Part shown: piece by piece, positions 24,050 to 34,907 of the stretch
Layout: the number at the start of each line of letters is the position of its first letter
Numbering within the stretch: the first letter of the stretch is position 1
DNA from: Octopus sinensis
Lineage: Eukaryota
Length of the DNA: 35,237 bases
Reading direction: 5' to 3'
Assembly (NCBI RefSeq): GCF_006345805.1
Contig: NW_021829881.1
Span: 1-35,237 of the forward strand
Notes under the pieces: model-generated
Databases searched by the model: none
The model's input: the letters and a program-made list of their open reading frames with translations, nothing else
What the model was told of the DNA's origin: nothing
Translations under genes and position numbers: made by a program

Positions 24050-24633
24050 ATTTTGTTCCTGTCGAATTTTATCCCTAATTTTATGGTTATAGAACCTAGC
24101 TGTTCTTTCTAGCGTGTTGAATCCCATGAATGGATTCCTCATGTGCTAAATGTACACTGTATCTTATGACTAATACATAGTCTTTTTGACCAATTTTTTT
24201 ACACGTTAGACCAATGGAAATGGAAATTTTAATTAATTTCTATTTCCCTTTGATACGATTAAATATTGTAAGTTTTGGGATAATTTTCGGTCTTTAAAAG
24301 TTGGCATTTTTTTTATTGCTGGCGAAGGGCTGCGGCTGCGCAGTAGATTTTGAAAAAGTTAGGATGTCTAAACAAGAGGCACGTAGTTTGAGCGCCTCGT
24401 GTTTATACGTTTAACCCTAGGTGTTCCTGCTGAAGATTTCATCTGGCGAGTATGTATGTTATTCATTTGCTTGCTAAACTAAAATCAGAAACCAATTGGT
24501 CCAGGAAACTAGTTGGTAAAATGTTTTTATTTTTTCATTTCGTTCCTTTCGAATTTTATCCCTAATTTTTGTGGTTATAGAACCTAACTGTTCTTTCTAG
24601 CTTGTTGAATCCCATGAGTGGATTCCTCATGTG
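24050..24633 (+). mobile_element. ~488-bp unit with ~91-bp terminal redundancy and one hammerhead (retrozyme / pLTR-like)
   Basis: Direct repeats at 24055-24145 and 24542-24633; (TA)n on both flanks; no ORF. Confidence 0.75.
24424..24507 (+). ncRNA. Type I hammerhead ribozyme motif with long stem II
   Basis: Stem I ttcctg/caggaa; CTGAAGA 24430-24436; 51-nt stem II region (ggcgagta/tgcttgct); GAAA 24488-24491; palindromic stem III ACCAATTGGT; predicted cleavage after GUC at 24501. Confidence 0.82.
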
Positions 24634-24635
24634 TT

Positions 24636-24706
24636 TATATATATATATATATATTATAATATACACATTCATATATATATACATATATATATACATATAT
24701 ATTATA

Positions 24707-24746
<40 letters not shown>

Positions 24747-24935
24747 CTATATATATATATATATATATATAATATTATATATTATATATTATTATATATT
24801 ATATATATATATATATACATACATATATATATAATATACATACATATATATAATATACATACATATATATATATACGACATATATATATACATACATATA
24901 TATATATATATATATCTATATATATATATATATTA

Positions 24936-24967
<32 letters not shown>

Positions 24968-24968
24968 C
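24636..24968. repeat. Imperfect (TA)n
   Basis: Directly visible. Confidence 0.95.
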
Positions 24969-25256
24969 ACTTAAATACATACTTATTGGTATGATCTTTA
25001 TATGTATGTGCATATGTGTTGTGTGTAGAGAGAGAGAGAGAGAGAAAGGGAAAAAGGGAAGCTGTTTTGATAATAACTTACATATGTACAAGTTTACCAG
25101 GACCACCAGGCATGTAGACCAAACAGTCGCGCTGGAATGGTACTGACACGGGCGCGCGCAAACACACACACACACATACATGCCTATATACACACAGAAT
25201 CCACACACACACACACAAGTGTTACAAGCATGCATACGCATGCAACATTCGTTGAG

Positions 25257-25287
<31 letters not shown>

Positions 25288-25894
25288 TGCACACACATTC
25301 AAAGTAGCCAACAGATCACCGTGTAATATCCACCCCCATCCTCGTTTAAGATGATGTCGAACGGCAGAGACAAGTAACAATAATTCATCTCTGACCTAAT
25401 GACGTCAATCGCAGAGGATCCAGGTGGCGCCACTTCAGTTGATTAGCTCGCTCCAGACCAACAGATCACCGGACCTCCACCGTCTAAGTTGCCTTTCCCT
25501 CCCTCGTCAGTCGATGACAGCAGCTAGAGACACGCCACTTCATTCTCAACAATCTCCAACGCCGCCGTCACCATCACCAACACCAACATCGGCACCACAA
25601 AAATATAGACCACATCATGAAACGTCAAGCGTTTAATAAAGTCTACAGGTGAGTATTGTTTAATCGATAAATGTATTTACGAGGAAACGAGACGATATAA
25701 GCGAATGTAATCTTCTTTACCTTCACCACCAGGTCGACTACCTACTCGCCAGAATCTTCTGACCGAGATATGTGGGGTTAATTAACGTCTTGTCTTTCTT
25801 TGATCTGTTGTTTCGTTTACGTTCCTGTTTCCAAGCGGTTCAGCAAAAGAGAGCAATAAAAAAATGCACCCGACTTTAAAATTATAGCACTGCT

Positions 25895-26082
25895 ATTCTA
25901 CTCTAGGCACAAGGCCCGAAATTTTGGAGGATGGGCCCAGTCGATTAGATCGACCCCAGTAAGCAACTGGTACTTAATATATCAACCCCGAAAGGATGAA
26001 AGGCAAAGTCGACCTCGGCGGAACTTGAACTCAGAACGTCGCGGTAGACGAAATACCTATTTTCTTTACTATCCACAAGGGT
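25895..26082 (-). mobile_element. SINE family B variant nested in a family A 3' fragment
   Basis: ttctactctaggcacaaggcccgaaatttt..ccccgaaaggatgaaaggcaaagtcgacctcggcgg. Family A pieces flank it at ~25833-25885 and ~26088-26122. Confidence 0.75.
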
Positions 26083-26122
26083 AGTAAAGAAGGCGTTGTT
26101 CCAGCATGACTGCAAGTAAAAC

Positions 26123-26411
26123 ATGGGAGACCTCCTTCGGTCATGAATGACCATGGGATTGCACCTAGAAAGTTACCCTCCGAGGTACGAGTTCGGGCAA
26201 GGTTGTTCATGGAAGGCCAGCAGTCGCCCATGCATACCAGCCTCCCCTCTCCACACCACTGAAGGCAAAGGTCGATACAGCTAGGCACCAGTGACTTCAC
26301 AACTCATTTCTACAGCTGAGTTAACTGGAGCAACGTGAAATAAAGTGTCTTGCTCAACACGCAGCCCGGTCCGGGAATCGACGCTCTAACCACTGAGCCA
26401 TGCGCCTTCAC
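26123..26411 (-). mobile_element. SINE family C variant (same as 31936-32273), with internal deletions
   Basis: Near-identical to 31936-32273. Confidence 0.85.
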
Positions 26412-26456
26412 TCAAGTAAAAGATAAAGGATTAAAAAAACTACTTTAAGATACATT

Positions 26457-27270
26457 GGTGCAGGCGTGGCTGTGTGGTGAGAAGCTTGCTTCCCAACCTC
26501 ATGGTTCCGGGTTCAGTTCCACTGCGTGGCAATTTGAGCAAGTGTCTTCTACCTCACCCCGGGATGACCAAAGCCTGGTGAGTGAATTTGGTAGACGGAA
26601 ACTAAAAGAAGCCTATCATATGTTGTGTGTGTGTGTGTGTGTCTTTATGTCTATGTTTGTCCCTCATCACCGCTTGACAACCGGTGTTGATGTGTTTACA
26701 TCCCCGTAACTTAGCGGTTTGGCAAAAGAGAGCAATAGAGTAAGAACCAGGCTTTAAAAATCATAATAATCTTGGGATCGAAGGCGGCGAGCTGGCAGAG
26801 ATGTTAGCACGCCGGGCGAAATGCGTAGCCGTATTTCGTCTGTCTTTACGTTCTGAGTTCAAATTCCGCCGTGGTCGACTTTGCCTTTCATCCTTTCGGG
26901 GTCGATTAAATAAGTACCAGTTACGCACCGGGGTCGATATAATCGACTTAATCCGTTTGTCTGTCCTTGTTTGTCCTCTCTGTGTTTAGTCCCTTGTGGG
27001 TAGTAAAGAAATAGGTATTTCGTCTGCCGCTACGTTCTGAGTTCAAATTCCGCCGAGGTCGACTCTGCCTTTCATCCTTTCGGAGTCGATATATTAAGTA
27101 CCAGTTGCTTACTGTAGTCGATCTAATCGACTGGGCCCATCCCCAAAAATTACAGGTCTTTTGCCTAGAGTAGAAAAGAATACTTCTGGGGTCGAGTTTA
27201 TTCGACTAAAACCTTTCCAGGCCGACTAATGCTCCAGCATGGCCGCAGTCAAGTGACTAAAACAAGTAAA
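26457..27270 (+). mobile_element. SINE family A containing a nested family B dimer (~26781-27182)
   Basis: Family A head/body to ~26780 and tail resuming at ~27185. Family B units are joined by aaagaaataggtatttcgtctg. Confidence 0.85.
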
Positions 27271-27679
27271 ATAATACTATTAAGTATCAAAATTTTGTCC
27301 TAAAAGGAAAGAAGCCTACAATATTATCACCGATACTCTATTATTTTCTATCTCTGAAATATCCTCTTTAGTTTTCAAGTGGAAGATTGAAACTAGCGCT
27401 GAAATATAATTCTTGTTAAGAAAAATCGTGTCAATCATTGAAACGTCCTCTAGGCTTAACGACGAACACTTGATGTTTACAATTTCCGGTTATGGCTGGC
27501 TGCCTTCTCTACTTACTTATGTCACAAGAGGCAATTAAGACCCACGACATGGGTTCACTTTACATGTTAAAAATAGCAGCCATATCTTCCTTGAATCACA
27601 CATCCCTGTTGTTTTTGTTACTTTTTAGAGACAACGGATGTAGAATGGAGCCTTCGATCCGCTTTAAGTTACAAACTTT

Positions 27680-28108
27680 GGATCTTTTCGGTTTGAACGG
27701 CAGTTTTTTCTAGCGGTGTCATATCAAATTGTCGCCCATAATTATGACCCTAGAATCGATCTATTGCATTTCAATCTCTTTTAGGGTTAGGGTTGGTTAG
27801 GGTGAGGGTTAAGGGTGGGAGAAGGGTATCTTTTTTATTCACAAATGTAAATAAACCCAATCTGTTTCTTAACGAGGAACATATTCATACGGCACAGAAT
27901 GTTTTTTTTACCTCAATGGACGTCAGTGATTGGTTGAAATTGCAGAAATTGAAGAAAAAACAACAAATATCTTACAAACTATAGAATTTTCTCAATAAAG
28001 CCAAGAGAAAAAGATGTTTTGTAAACACATTCTACCAGTATACGAAGTTTAAATTTTTTAGTTACCTAGAAATTATGTTAAAAACTGCCGTTCAAACCGA
28101 AAAGATCC
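27680..28108. mobile_element. MITE with 29-bp perfect TIRs and 8-bp TSD
   Basis: ggatcttttcggtttgaacggcagttttt (27680-27708) / aaaaactgccgttcaaaccgaaaagatcc (28080-28108); caaacttt at 27672-27679 and 28109-28116. Confidence 0.92.
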
Positions 28109-28579
28109 CAAACTTTTAAGTCAGGACTTAAAAATAGAATTAAAGTAAACGGTCTTCCAAACAGAAAATATCAGTGCCTTATGAGGTTTCCATACAGTTA
28201 TGTTTCGTTTATTTACAGGACCCGCTTCCTTTTTTTTTTTTTTTAACTTGTCTGATTCTGTCCTTCATATCCACTCATTTACATCCCAGTAGCGTTTTGC
28301 TGTTGACGCCAACATATTGAACAATCTATTTGATAAAGTGTCGAAATTGTGAGGGTTTTTGGCCGATGACTGACGAGGGAAGAGCCTGTCCACGTCAGTT
28401 GTGCATTTCTCCCGTCTTCCTTATGTTCCATCATCGTCTTTCTGTGCAGCATTTTACTATAGATGTGTGTGTGCGTATGTGCGTGCGTGTGTGTGTCTGT
28501 GTGTGTGTGTGTTTGTGCGCGCGCGCGCATGCGTGTATGCGTTTATATAATATTTACATACATACGTGCACACACACAT

Positions 28580-28623
<44 letters not shown>

Positions 28624-28852
28624 CGAGAGAGAGAGAGAGAGAGAAAGATAGACAGAAAATAGAAATAAGGGGAACGGAACGAGGGAAATGAGGGACCAGT
28701 GAAAGAGAGAGTGGTGGGGAACTGGGCAAAGACAAGGTGAAAGAGGAAGAGATTAAGGGAGAGAAAAAGAGCGGGGGAGCAGGAGCGGAGAGAAAGACAA
28801 ATAAATGAGAAATTAACAAAGAGCGTCGTCGGTGGTCCTGGTTCAGATTTTT

Positions 28853-28982
28853 TGGTGGTGGTGGTCGTGGTGGTGGTGGTCGTGGTGGGATGACAATTAG
28901 CGATAGAGGTGGGTAGTTGGCAGGAGTGTGGATTTAGAAAAGTTAAGACGGTGGCGGCGGTGGCGGCGGCGACGGCGGCGGC

Positions 28983-29019
<37 letters not shown>

Positions 29020-29362
29020 GGTGGTGGTTGGTGGTGGTGGTGGTGGTGGTGGTAGTGGTGGTGATGGTGATGGTGGTGGTGGTGGTGGTGGTGGTGTCGG
29101 TGGTAATGTTGCAGCGATTGGAAGTGGGAAATATCAATAGGACAAAGTAGGGGCGTGAGTGGTGGTGGGAGTCTAGGACAGGACAAACGCGATGCGTGTG
29201 GTTTTAATGACGCAGGTGGTGTTAGTGATGGTCGTGGAGGTGGTGGTCGTTGTTGTAATAGTAGTAGTGGTCGCAGTAGTAATGTTGCGGTAGCGGTGGT
29301 GGTGGTGGTGGTGGTGGTGGTGGTGGTGTGGTGGTGGTGGTGGTGGTGGTGGTGGTGGTGGT
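28853..29362. repeat. G-rich (GGT)n/(GGC)n trinucleotide cluster
   Basis: Directly visible. Confidence 0.95.
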
Positions 29363-29490
29363 GACGAAGTAAAAGCAGAGGTGAAAGATACTTAACTAAT
29401 TACACTTTCTTCCTCTCCGCCGCTCTCTCTCTTTCACCCCTTCATATTTCTGCCTCTCGGTATCAATTTCTCTGTCTCTGTCTTTATTTC

Positions 29491-29529
<39 letters not shown>

Positions 29530-29556
29530 CCTTTTTCTCTCTCTATCTATCTTTCT

Positions 29557-29587
<31 letters not shown>

Positions 29588-30000
29588 TTGTTTATAACCA
29601 TCAAACACATTGTCACTTTCAGCTCATGGATGGATGGCGAAGAGAGAAAGGGAGAGAACTGGAGTTGAAGGGGGAGGTGAAAGGCGGAGGAGAAGGAAGA
29701 GGAGAAAGAGAAGAGGTGAAAAATACAAATCGAGAAGAAGAAAGATAAGTATAAGGAAGGGAGAAAGAAGAAGAAAAAGAAGAAAACGCAACAACAGCAA
29801 CGAACATGAGAACAACAACAAGATGAAGGGAATGCGATAATGGATGCAAAAGGTCCTTTAAGTGTGAAGTTTGAGTCATGATATGTAACGAATTCTATAC
29901 CAGGGGTTTCTTTGTATGTTATATGGTATGTATGTACTATACTACATACATACATAAATAAATAAGTACGTAAATAAATAAATCTATTTTCACACGTACA

Positions 30001-30003
<3 letters not shown>

Positions 30004-30063
<60 letters not shown>

Positions 30064-30085
30064 TGTGTGTGTGTGGTGTGTGTGT
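30004..30085. repeat. (TG)n microsatellite
   Basis: Directly visible. Confidence 0.95.
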
Positions 30086-30173
30086 GAGAGTTGTAACCTA
30101 TTTCAGTTATTTTGGGGAACAGATAAGAAAAGTATTTGTGTGCTACAGCAATGCAGATAGAGCATTAAATATT

Positions 30174-30652
30174 TTTTTTTAAAAACTAATAACAGCAAAG
30201 ACATTGAAACCTTACCATAGAAATATTTTATTAGTTTTGATATTTCGAGTTGTAAACTCCTTTTCAAATGCCTTGAAAACAAGCGAGAATTATAAATTAT
30301 GCAGTTAGTATATGGAATCCTCATGTGAGATATTTGAATTGCCATGTGAGTGAAGTTATACAATTATTGGCTGTGGATTTTGTTCCATGGGCTCTTAGTT
30401 TCGGGCTGGGCTATTTTTTAAAAACTAATAACAGCAAAGACATTGAAACGTTACCATAGAAATATTTTATTAGTTTTGATATTTCGAGTTGTAAACTCCT
30501 TTTCAAATGCCTTGAAAACAAGTGAGAATTATAAATTATGCAGTTAGTATATGGAATCCTCGTGTGAGATATTCGAATTGCCATGTGGGTGAAGTTGTAC
30601 AATTATTGGCTGTGGATTTTATTCCATTGGCTGTTAGTTTCAGGCTGGGCTA
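30174..30652. repeat. ~239-bp tandem duplication (2 copies)
   Basis: tttaaaaactaataacagcaaagacattgaaac..ttagtttc(g/a)ggctgggcta is present twice with scattered substitutions. Confidence 0.9.
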
Positions 30653-30769
30653 CCATGTGTACGAGGAAGTTTGGGTCAAATATTGTAGTGCATAGCATTT
30701 AGAGTATCCATGAGCACCTTTTCTATCATCATCATCGTCGTCATCTCAACCCCCTGGACATTACTGACT

Positions 30770-31162
30770 CGAGTCCTGGGGCTCATAGGGCTAGTTACCC
30801 AGTTTCCATGGCGTATAAGTGATCAGGATCACAACATTCTTCCTGAACGGGATGCCAGTCCGCTGCAGGTTTACTCATTTCACAGCTGAGTGGACTGGAG
30901 CAACGTGAAATGAAGTGCTTTGATCAAGAACACAACGTGCCGCAGGTCTTGGAATCGAAGCTACGATCCAGCGATTACCGATGCTGGTGTTTTTAAGCTC
31001 CTGTGACTTAGCGGCTCGGCAAAAGAGAAAGGTAGAATAAGTATCAAGCTTAAAACGAAAGATAGAAAGAAATACTGGGATCAATTCGTTCGACTACATT
31101 TCTTCAAGACATTGCCTCAGCATGGTCGTAGTACAATGACTGAAACAAGTAAAAGATAGATG
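30770..31162. mobile_element. Family C SINE (minus, ~30770-30975) abutting a family A 3' half (plus, ~30978-31162)
   Basis: cagctgagtggactggagcaacgtgaaatgaagtgc, then ttagcggctcggcaaaagag..aatgactgaaacaagtaaaaga. Confidence 0.7.
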
Positions 31163-31935
31163 AAAGATATACCCGTATGTGTGCATGCTTATACGTGTGT
31201 AGCCGTACACATTTAGTTTCATTACTTCATGACTTTAGATTAAAAGCAATTAATGTACGAAAACTGCTTGACACATGGAACCTCTGTTATATTATAATTA
31301 TTGTGGCTTCCTTCGTTATCGTCTAAGATATTCAATAGATCCTCAAATTACATGATGGTGGTGGTCTTAATTATTAATACGTATTTTGACAGCTAATTAG
31401 TGCGAGTCTTAAGAGACGTATAGTTTGTCCGGAAGGAGGAGATATGTCACGTGATTTTGATGCCTATCATTACCAGCTGTTCTTGTTGCTAAAATCTTTC
31501 AATGAAATACTAAATACTTTCAATGAAATACTTTATCGTAGGGCTTCGATTTTATATTCAAAATGGCGGATGTTATTTCGAAAAGTAAATCTTAAGACGG
31601 TATTCTTTGAAAATACAGTCTACATCTGTTTGTCTATATTACATCTTTATATATGATGTTATATTGATGTATTTATTAATTGAATAATAGAAGCCCTTCA
31701 AAGCGTTTTTGTTTGACATATACATGTAAGACAGACTTACGAGTTTGGGTTTTTAACAAGCATCCATTTTAAACTTCCCTGTTAAAAGTATACGCTACAG
31801 TTAAATCACACTTTTTTCTGACATCAGAGAAAAAAACACCAGCTTACAACGTTCGGAATGTTTACTACCTCATCAGGTACGTTCATGTGCATGTGAGTGA
31901 CTGCATAGGTATGCTTATATATCTACACACTTATA

Positions 31936-32273
31936 TGGGAGACCCCCTTCGGTCATGAATGACCATGGGATTGCACCTAGAAAGTTACCCTCCGAGGTAC
32001 AAGTCCGGGCAAGGTTGTTTATGGAAGGCCTGCAATCACCCATGCATACCAGCCTCCCCTCTCCACACCACTGATGTTATCCAAGGGAAAGGCAAAGGCC
32101 GATACCGCTAGGCACCTGTGATGTCGCAACTCATTTCTACAGCTGAGTTAACTGGAGCAACGTGAAATAAAGTGTCTTGCTCAAGAACACAACACGCAGC
32201 CCGGTCCAGGAATCGAACTCACAACCTCACGATCGTACGCTCGACGCTTTAACCACTGAGCCATGCACCTTCA
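31936..32273 (-). mobile_element. Full-length tRNA-head SINE (family C variant)
   Basis: Minus-strand head ggtgcatggctcagtggttaaagcgtcg..gagttcgattcc; second copy at 26123-26411. Confidence 0.85.
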
Positions 32274-32326
32274 CACACAAATATAGGTATACCAATACAC
32301 ACACACACACATACATACATATATAT

Positions 32327-32373
<47 letters not shown>

Positions 32374-32476
32374 ATATATATTGATAAAACGGTAGATAAC
32401 AAAAGAAAGAAAGAGACCTCAATATTATGTAATAGAGAAATTTATCTATACAATATGTTACATTACTCGGTAGTCA

Positions 32477-32538
32477 AGATAAAACTCTGAGTTTCAGATG
32501 CCGAAGTGGAAATCCCAACACCATCTCTTCGGTTATCT
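32477..32538 (-). ncRNA. Hammerhead-like motif in the Penelope 3' pLTR (C4 core variant)
   Basis: Minus strand: agataa-CCGAAGA-gatg..catct-GAAA-ctcagag-TT-ttatct; same sense as the ORF. Confidence 0.65.
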
Positions 32539-32722
32539 GGCTATTTGAAAACGTTATGAAAAAATACCGTTAAAAATGAAGGGAAATTACTCTGTTATAA
32601 CTCTCCTTTGCCTGCGTACTTATACATCGCTCGCATTTTTCGTCATAAAATTATACAAAAAATACATAAAAAATATATAAAAATATATAAAATCTTCTTG
32701 GGACATACACAGAAAGCATGTT

Positions 32723-34740
32723 CTATCCGTTTTCTTTAGGGGACCAAAAACGTAACAGAAATTTAGTCACATTTGGGCATGATCCGAAAAGCTCTGTCCT
32801 TGTATTTAGACATGTGGTAGGGTCTAAGCTGCTTTTCCAGATAAGCTCTCTTCCATGTCACATAAACCGCACCTTCCGCTGCCGTTAGTATAGGGCTTAC
32901 ATCTGGCCAAAATCTTCCATTATGTTATAATTCGACACCACTTTATCTCTTAAAGACCAAATATGATTGGATAATTGTGTCGCTTTTCTTTTGTTCCAGT
33001 GCCTAAAGCTCAAAGTGTGGTTATTGAACCTGGCCTTGAAATTACCCTCTGTCAGGCCCACGTATTTCTTCGTCGAAACGGTGTCTTTAGTGGTTATAGA
33101 GTTACGGTAGCTTCATATATGATGGTCTTGGACATGCAAGCTCCATTTAGCGGGCACATTCTTTATTCCTGCATGCATGAACAGCTGTTTTCTTCTTGTG
33201 TTTTTTGTATGTTATGATTGATTATGTTTTTAAAATTGGTAGTTGAACTAAAACTAATTTTAAATTGTGTCTATTGAAGAGTTTCCTATAAGCATGGTTA
33301 ACTGGAAAATGTCTATCTATCAGTGCTAGGAAATATTTACCTATATTGAAGGCCACCTCGGGTGAGTAAGGGGGCGTAACCAGATGACCTTCCTATTTCT
33401 ATTATTCCTTTTCTTACTGTTGGGCTGGTGATAGGTGTATATTTTTTTTTTTCGCTAAAACCACTATCTTTTAAAGCTTTATTATAAACTGGGGCAACGC
33501 TATGAAGATGTCCTCATTAGATGAGAGGCTAGAAATCCTCTTACTAATATTTTTAACTAAATTTTTGAATACTATAGGGGATGGCATGAACCTACATTAT
33601 AATAACTTAGTCTATCATTGGGCTTCCTATAAGGCTTATAATATTATTATTAAGATCTAAGGAAACGTCTAAGAAATTGACAACCGTCAGGTTAGTGTCT
33701 ATAGTTATACTAAGTCCGAAGTGTTTCATTAACTGGATAATATCCTTCCTAAAACGATCTTGTGCTGGTCCATTTGTATTAGCTGTTAAGGCGAGGGCAT
33801 CATCTTTGTAGATGGCGAAATGTACGTTAGGGAATGTCTTACCGAAGGTATCTAGGAGAAAGAGTCTAATTAGATCACAGATGCCTGCCCCATCATATGA
33901 ACCCATGCTCACATCGAAAGCGCCCTCCGTGTCGGTGTTTTTTTACCCACTTTGCATTCTCACTGAAAAGTAATGTCTTTCTAGCATGGAAGATTATATC
34001 CTTATCATTGGTACTAATTTCTATGAAGTCACTAGCGAAGATTAGGGCTTTATCTAGCAGTTCTTTAGAGATAGAGGCATAAAAATCAACAATATCGAAT
34101 TGTGTAAACCTCGCTTTTTTCTTATTCTTAATAGCTTTAAACCAGTCTACGACTTCTATACTATTGGACATTGCACTAGCCTAGTATCGGTCTTAATTTT
34201 CGTATTTATTTTATCTAAAATTTCTTTGCTAATAATCCCTAGTTCTGACTTGGCTGGGTTGATAAGCTACATTTAGGGTTGGAAAGGAAGTTTTCTTTGT
34301 GATCTTTAATAGTAATAAAGGCCCTCTTTTTGGGGGAGGGTTTCTATTTTTTTATCTAATTTAAGTTTAGCGGCTATGACGCTAGCTTCTTTATTAATTT
34401 CGTTATATGTCTGTGCCCTAGCCTTAGTATAATTATTAATGATGCTGTTGTGTAAGAGTTGTGTGTAATTGCTGTTATCTACCAGGTATAAGTTATTGGT
34501 TTTATCCGAAAAAAGTGCTTTTTTCTTGGAGCTTTTTATATGATTAATATCTTTCTTCAATTTATGTTGGAAATCGTTAAAAGACTTACGAAATTTTATT
34601 TTGCTCATGATCTTCAGCAGGTCCGCTTCGAAATCTTCCAAGCCTTTAATCCTAGGAGGGAATTTTTTGGATTTTATCCGATAGAAAATGTTTTCCTTGG
34701 TGTTCGCTTCTGTGTCAAAAAAGAAAGCCTTCCATCTCAT
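32723..34740 (-). pseudogene. Frameshifted Penelope-like ORF: reverse transcriptase + GIY-YIG endonuclease
   Basis: MRWKAFFF..SDKTNNLY..LINPAKSELG..QFDIVDFYASI..SMGSYDGAGICDL..YKDDAL..VNFLDVSLDL; then CSC..CPLNGACMSKTIIYEATV..KYVGLTEGNFKARFNNH..WKILARCKPY..CGLCDME..LNTRTELFGSC; stop at 32723-32725. Confidence 0.9.
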
Positions 34741-34844
34741 ACGCTTAATTACATCAGTAATTTTCTGCAGAAGTTATAACAGAGTTATAACAGAGTAATT
34801 TCCCTTCATTTTAACGGTATTTTTTCATAACGTTTCAAATAGCC

Positions 34845-34907
34845 AGATAACCGAAGAGATGGTGTTGTGGATTTCCACTTCGGCATCTGAAACTCAGAGT
34901 TTTATCT
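34845..34907 (+). ncRNA. Hammerhead-like motif in the inverted pLTR
   Basis: Stem I agataa/ttatct; CCGAAGA 34851-34857; stem II gatg/catc with gtgga/tccac; GAAA 34889-34892; stem III ACTC-A-GAGT; predicted cleavage after 34901. Confidence 0.65.

Noticed and set aside
25480-25512. Minus-strand CTGACGA-gggagg-GAAA
   Set aside because: Stem II cannot pair and stem I is absent.
27781-27820. True telomere or interstitial telomeric array
   Set aside because: Only a few degenerate TTAGGG units, internal to a MITE.
28370-28400. CTGACGA hammerhead half-core
   Set aside because: No downstream GAAA-stem III-UH; it simply pairs with cgtcag.
1331-29955. Numerous ORFs rich in YI/CV/HT/poly-L/poly-H/poly-G
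   Set aside because: They are translations of microsatellites and low-complexity tracts, with no domain content.
32723-33200. Selenocysteine recoding as reported for some Naiad elements
   Set aside because: The cysteine positions I could read use TGT/TGC codons; no in-frame TGA at conserved Cys sites was seen.
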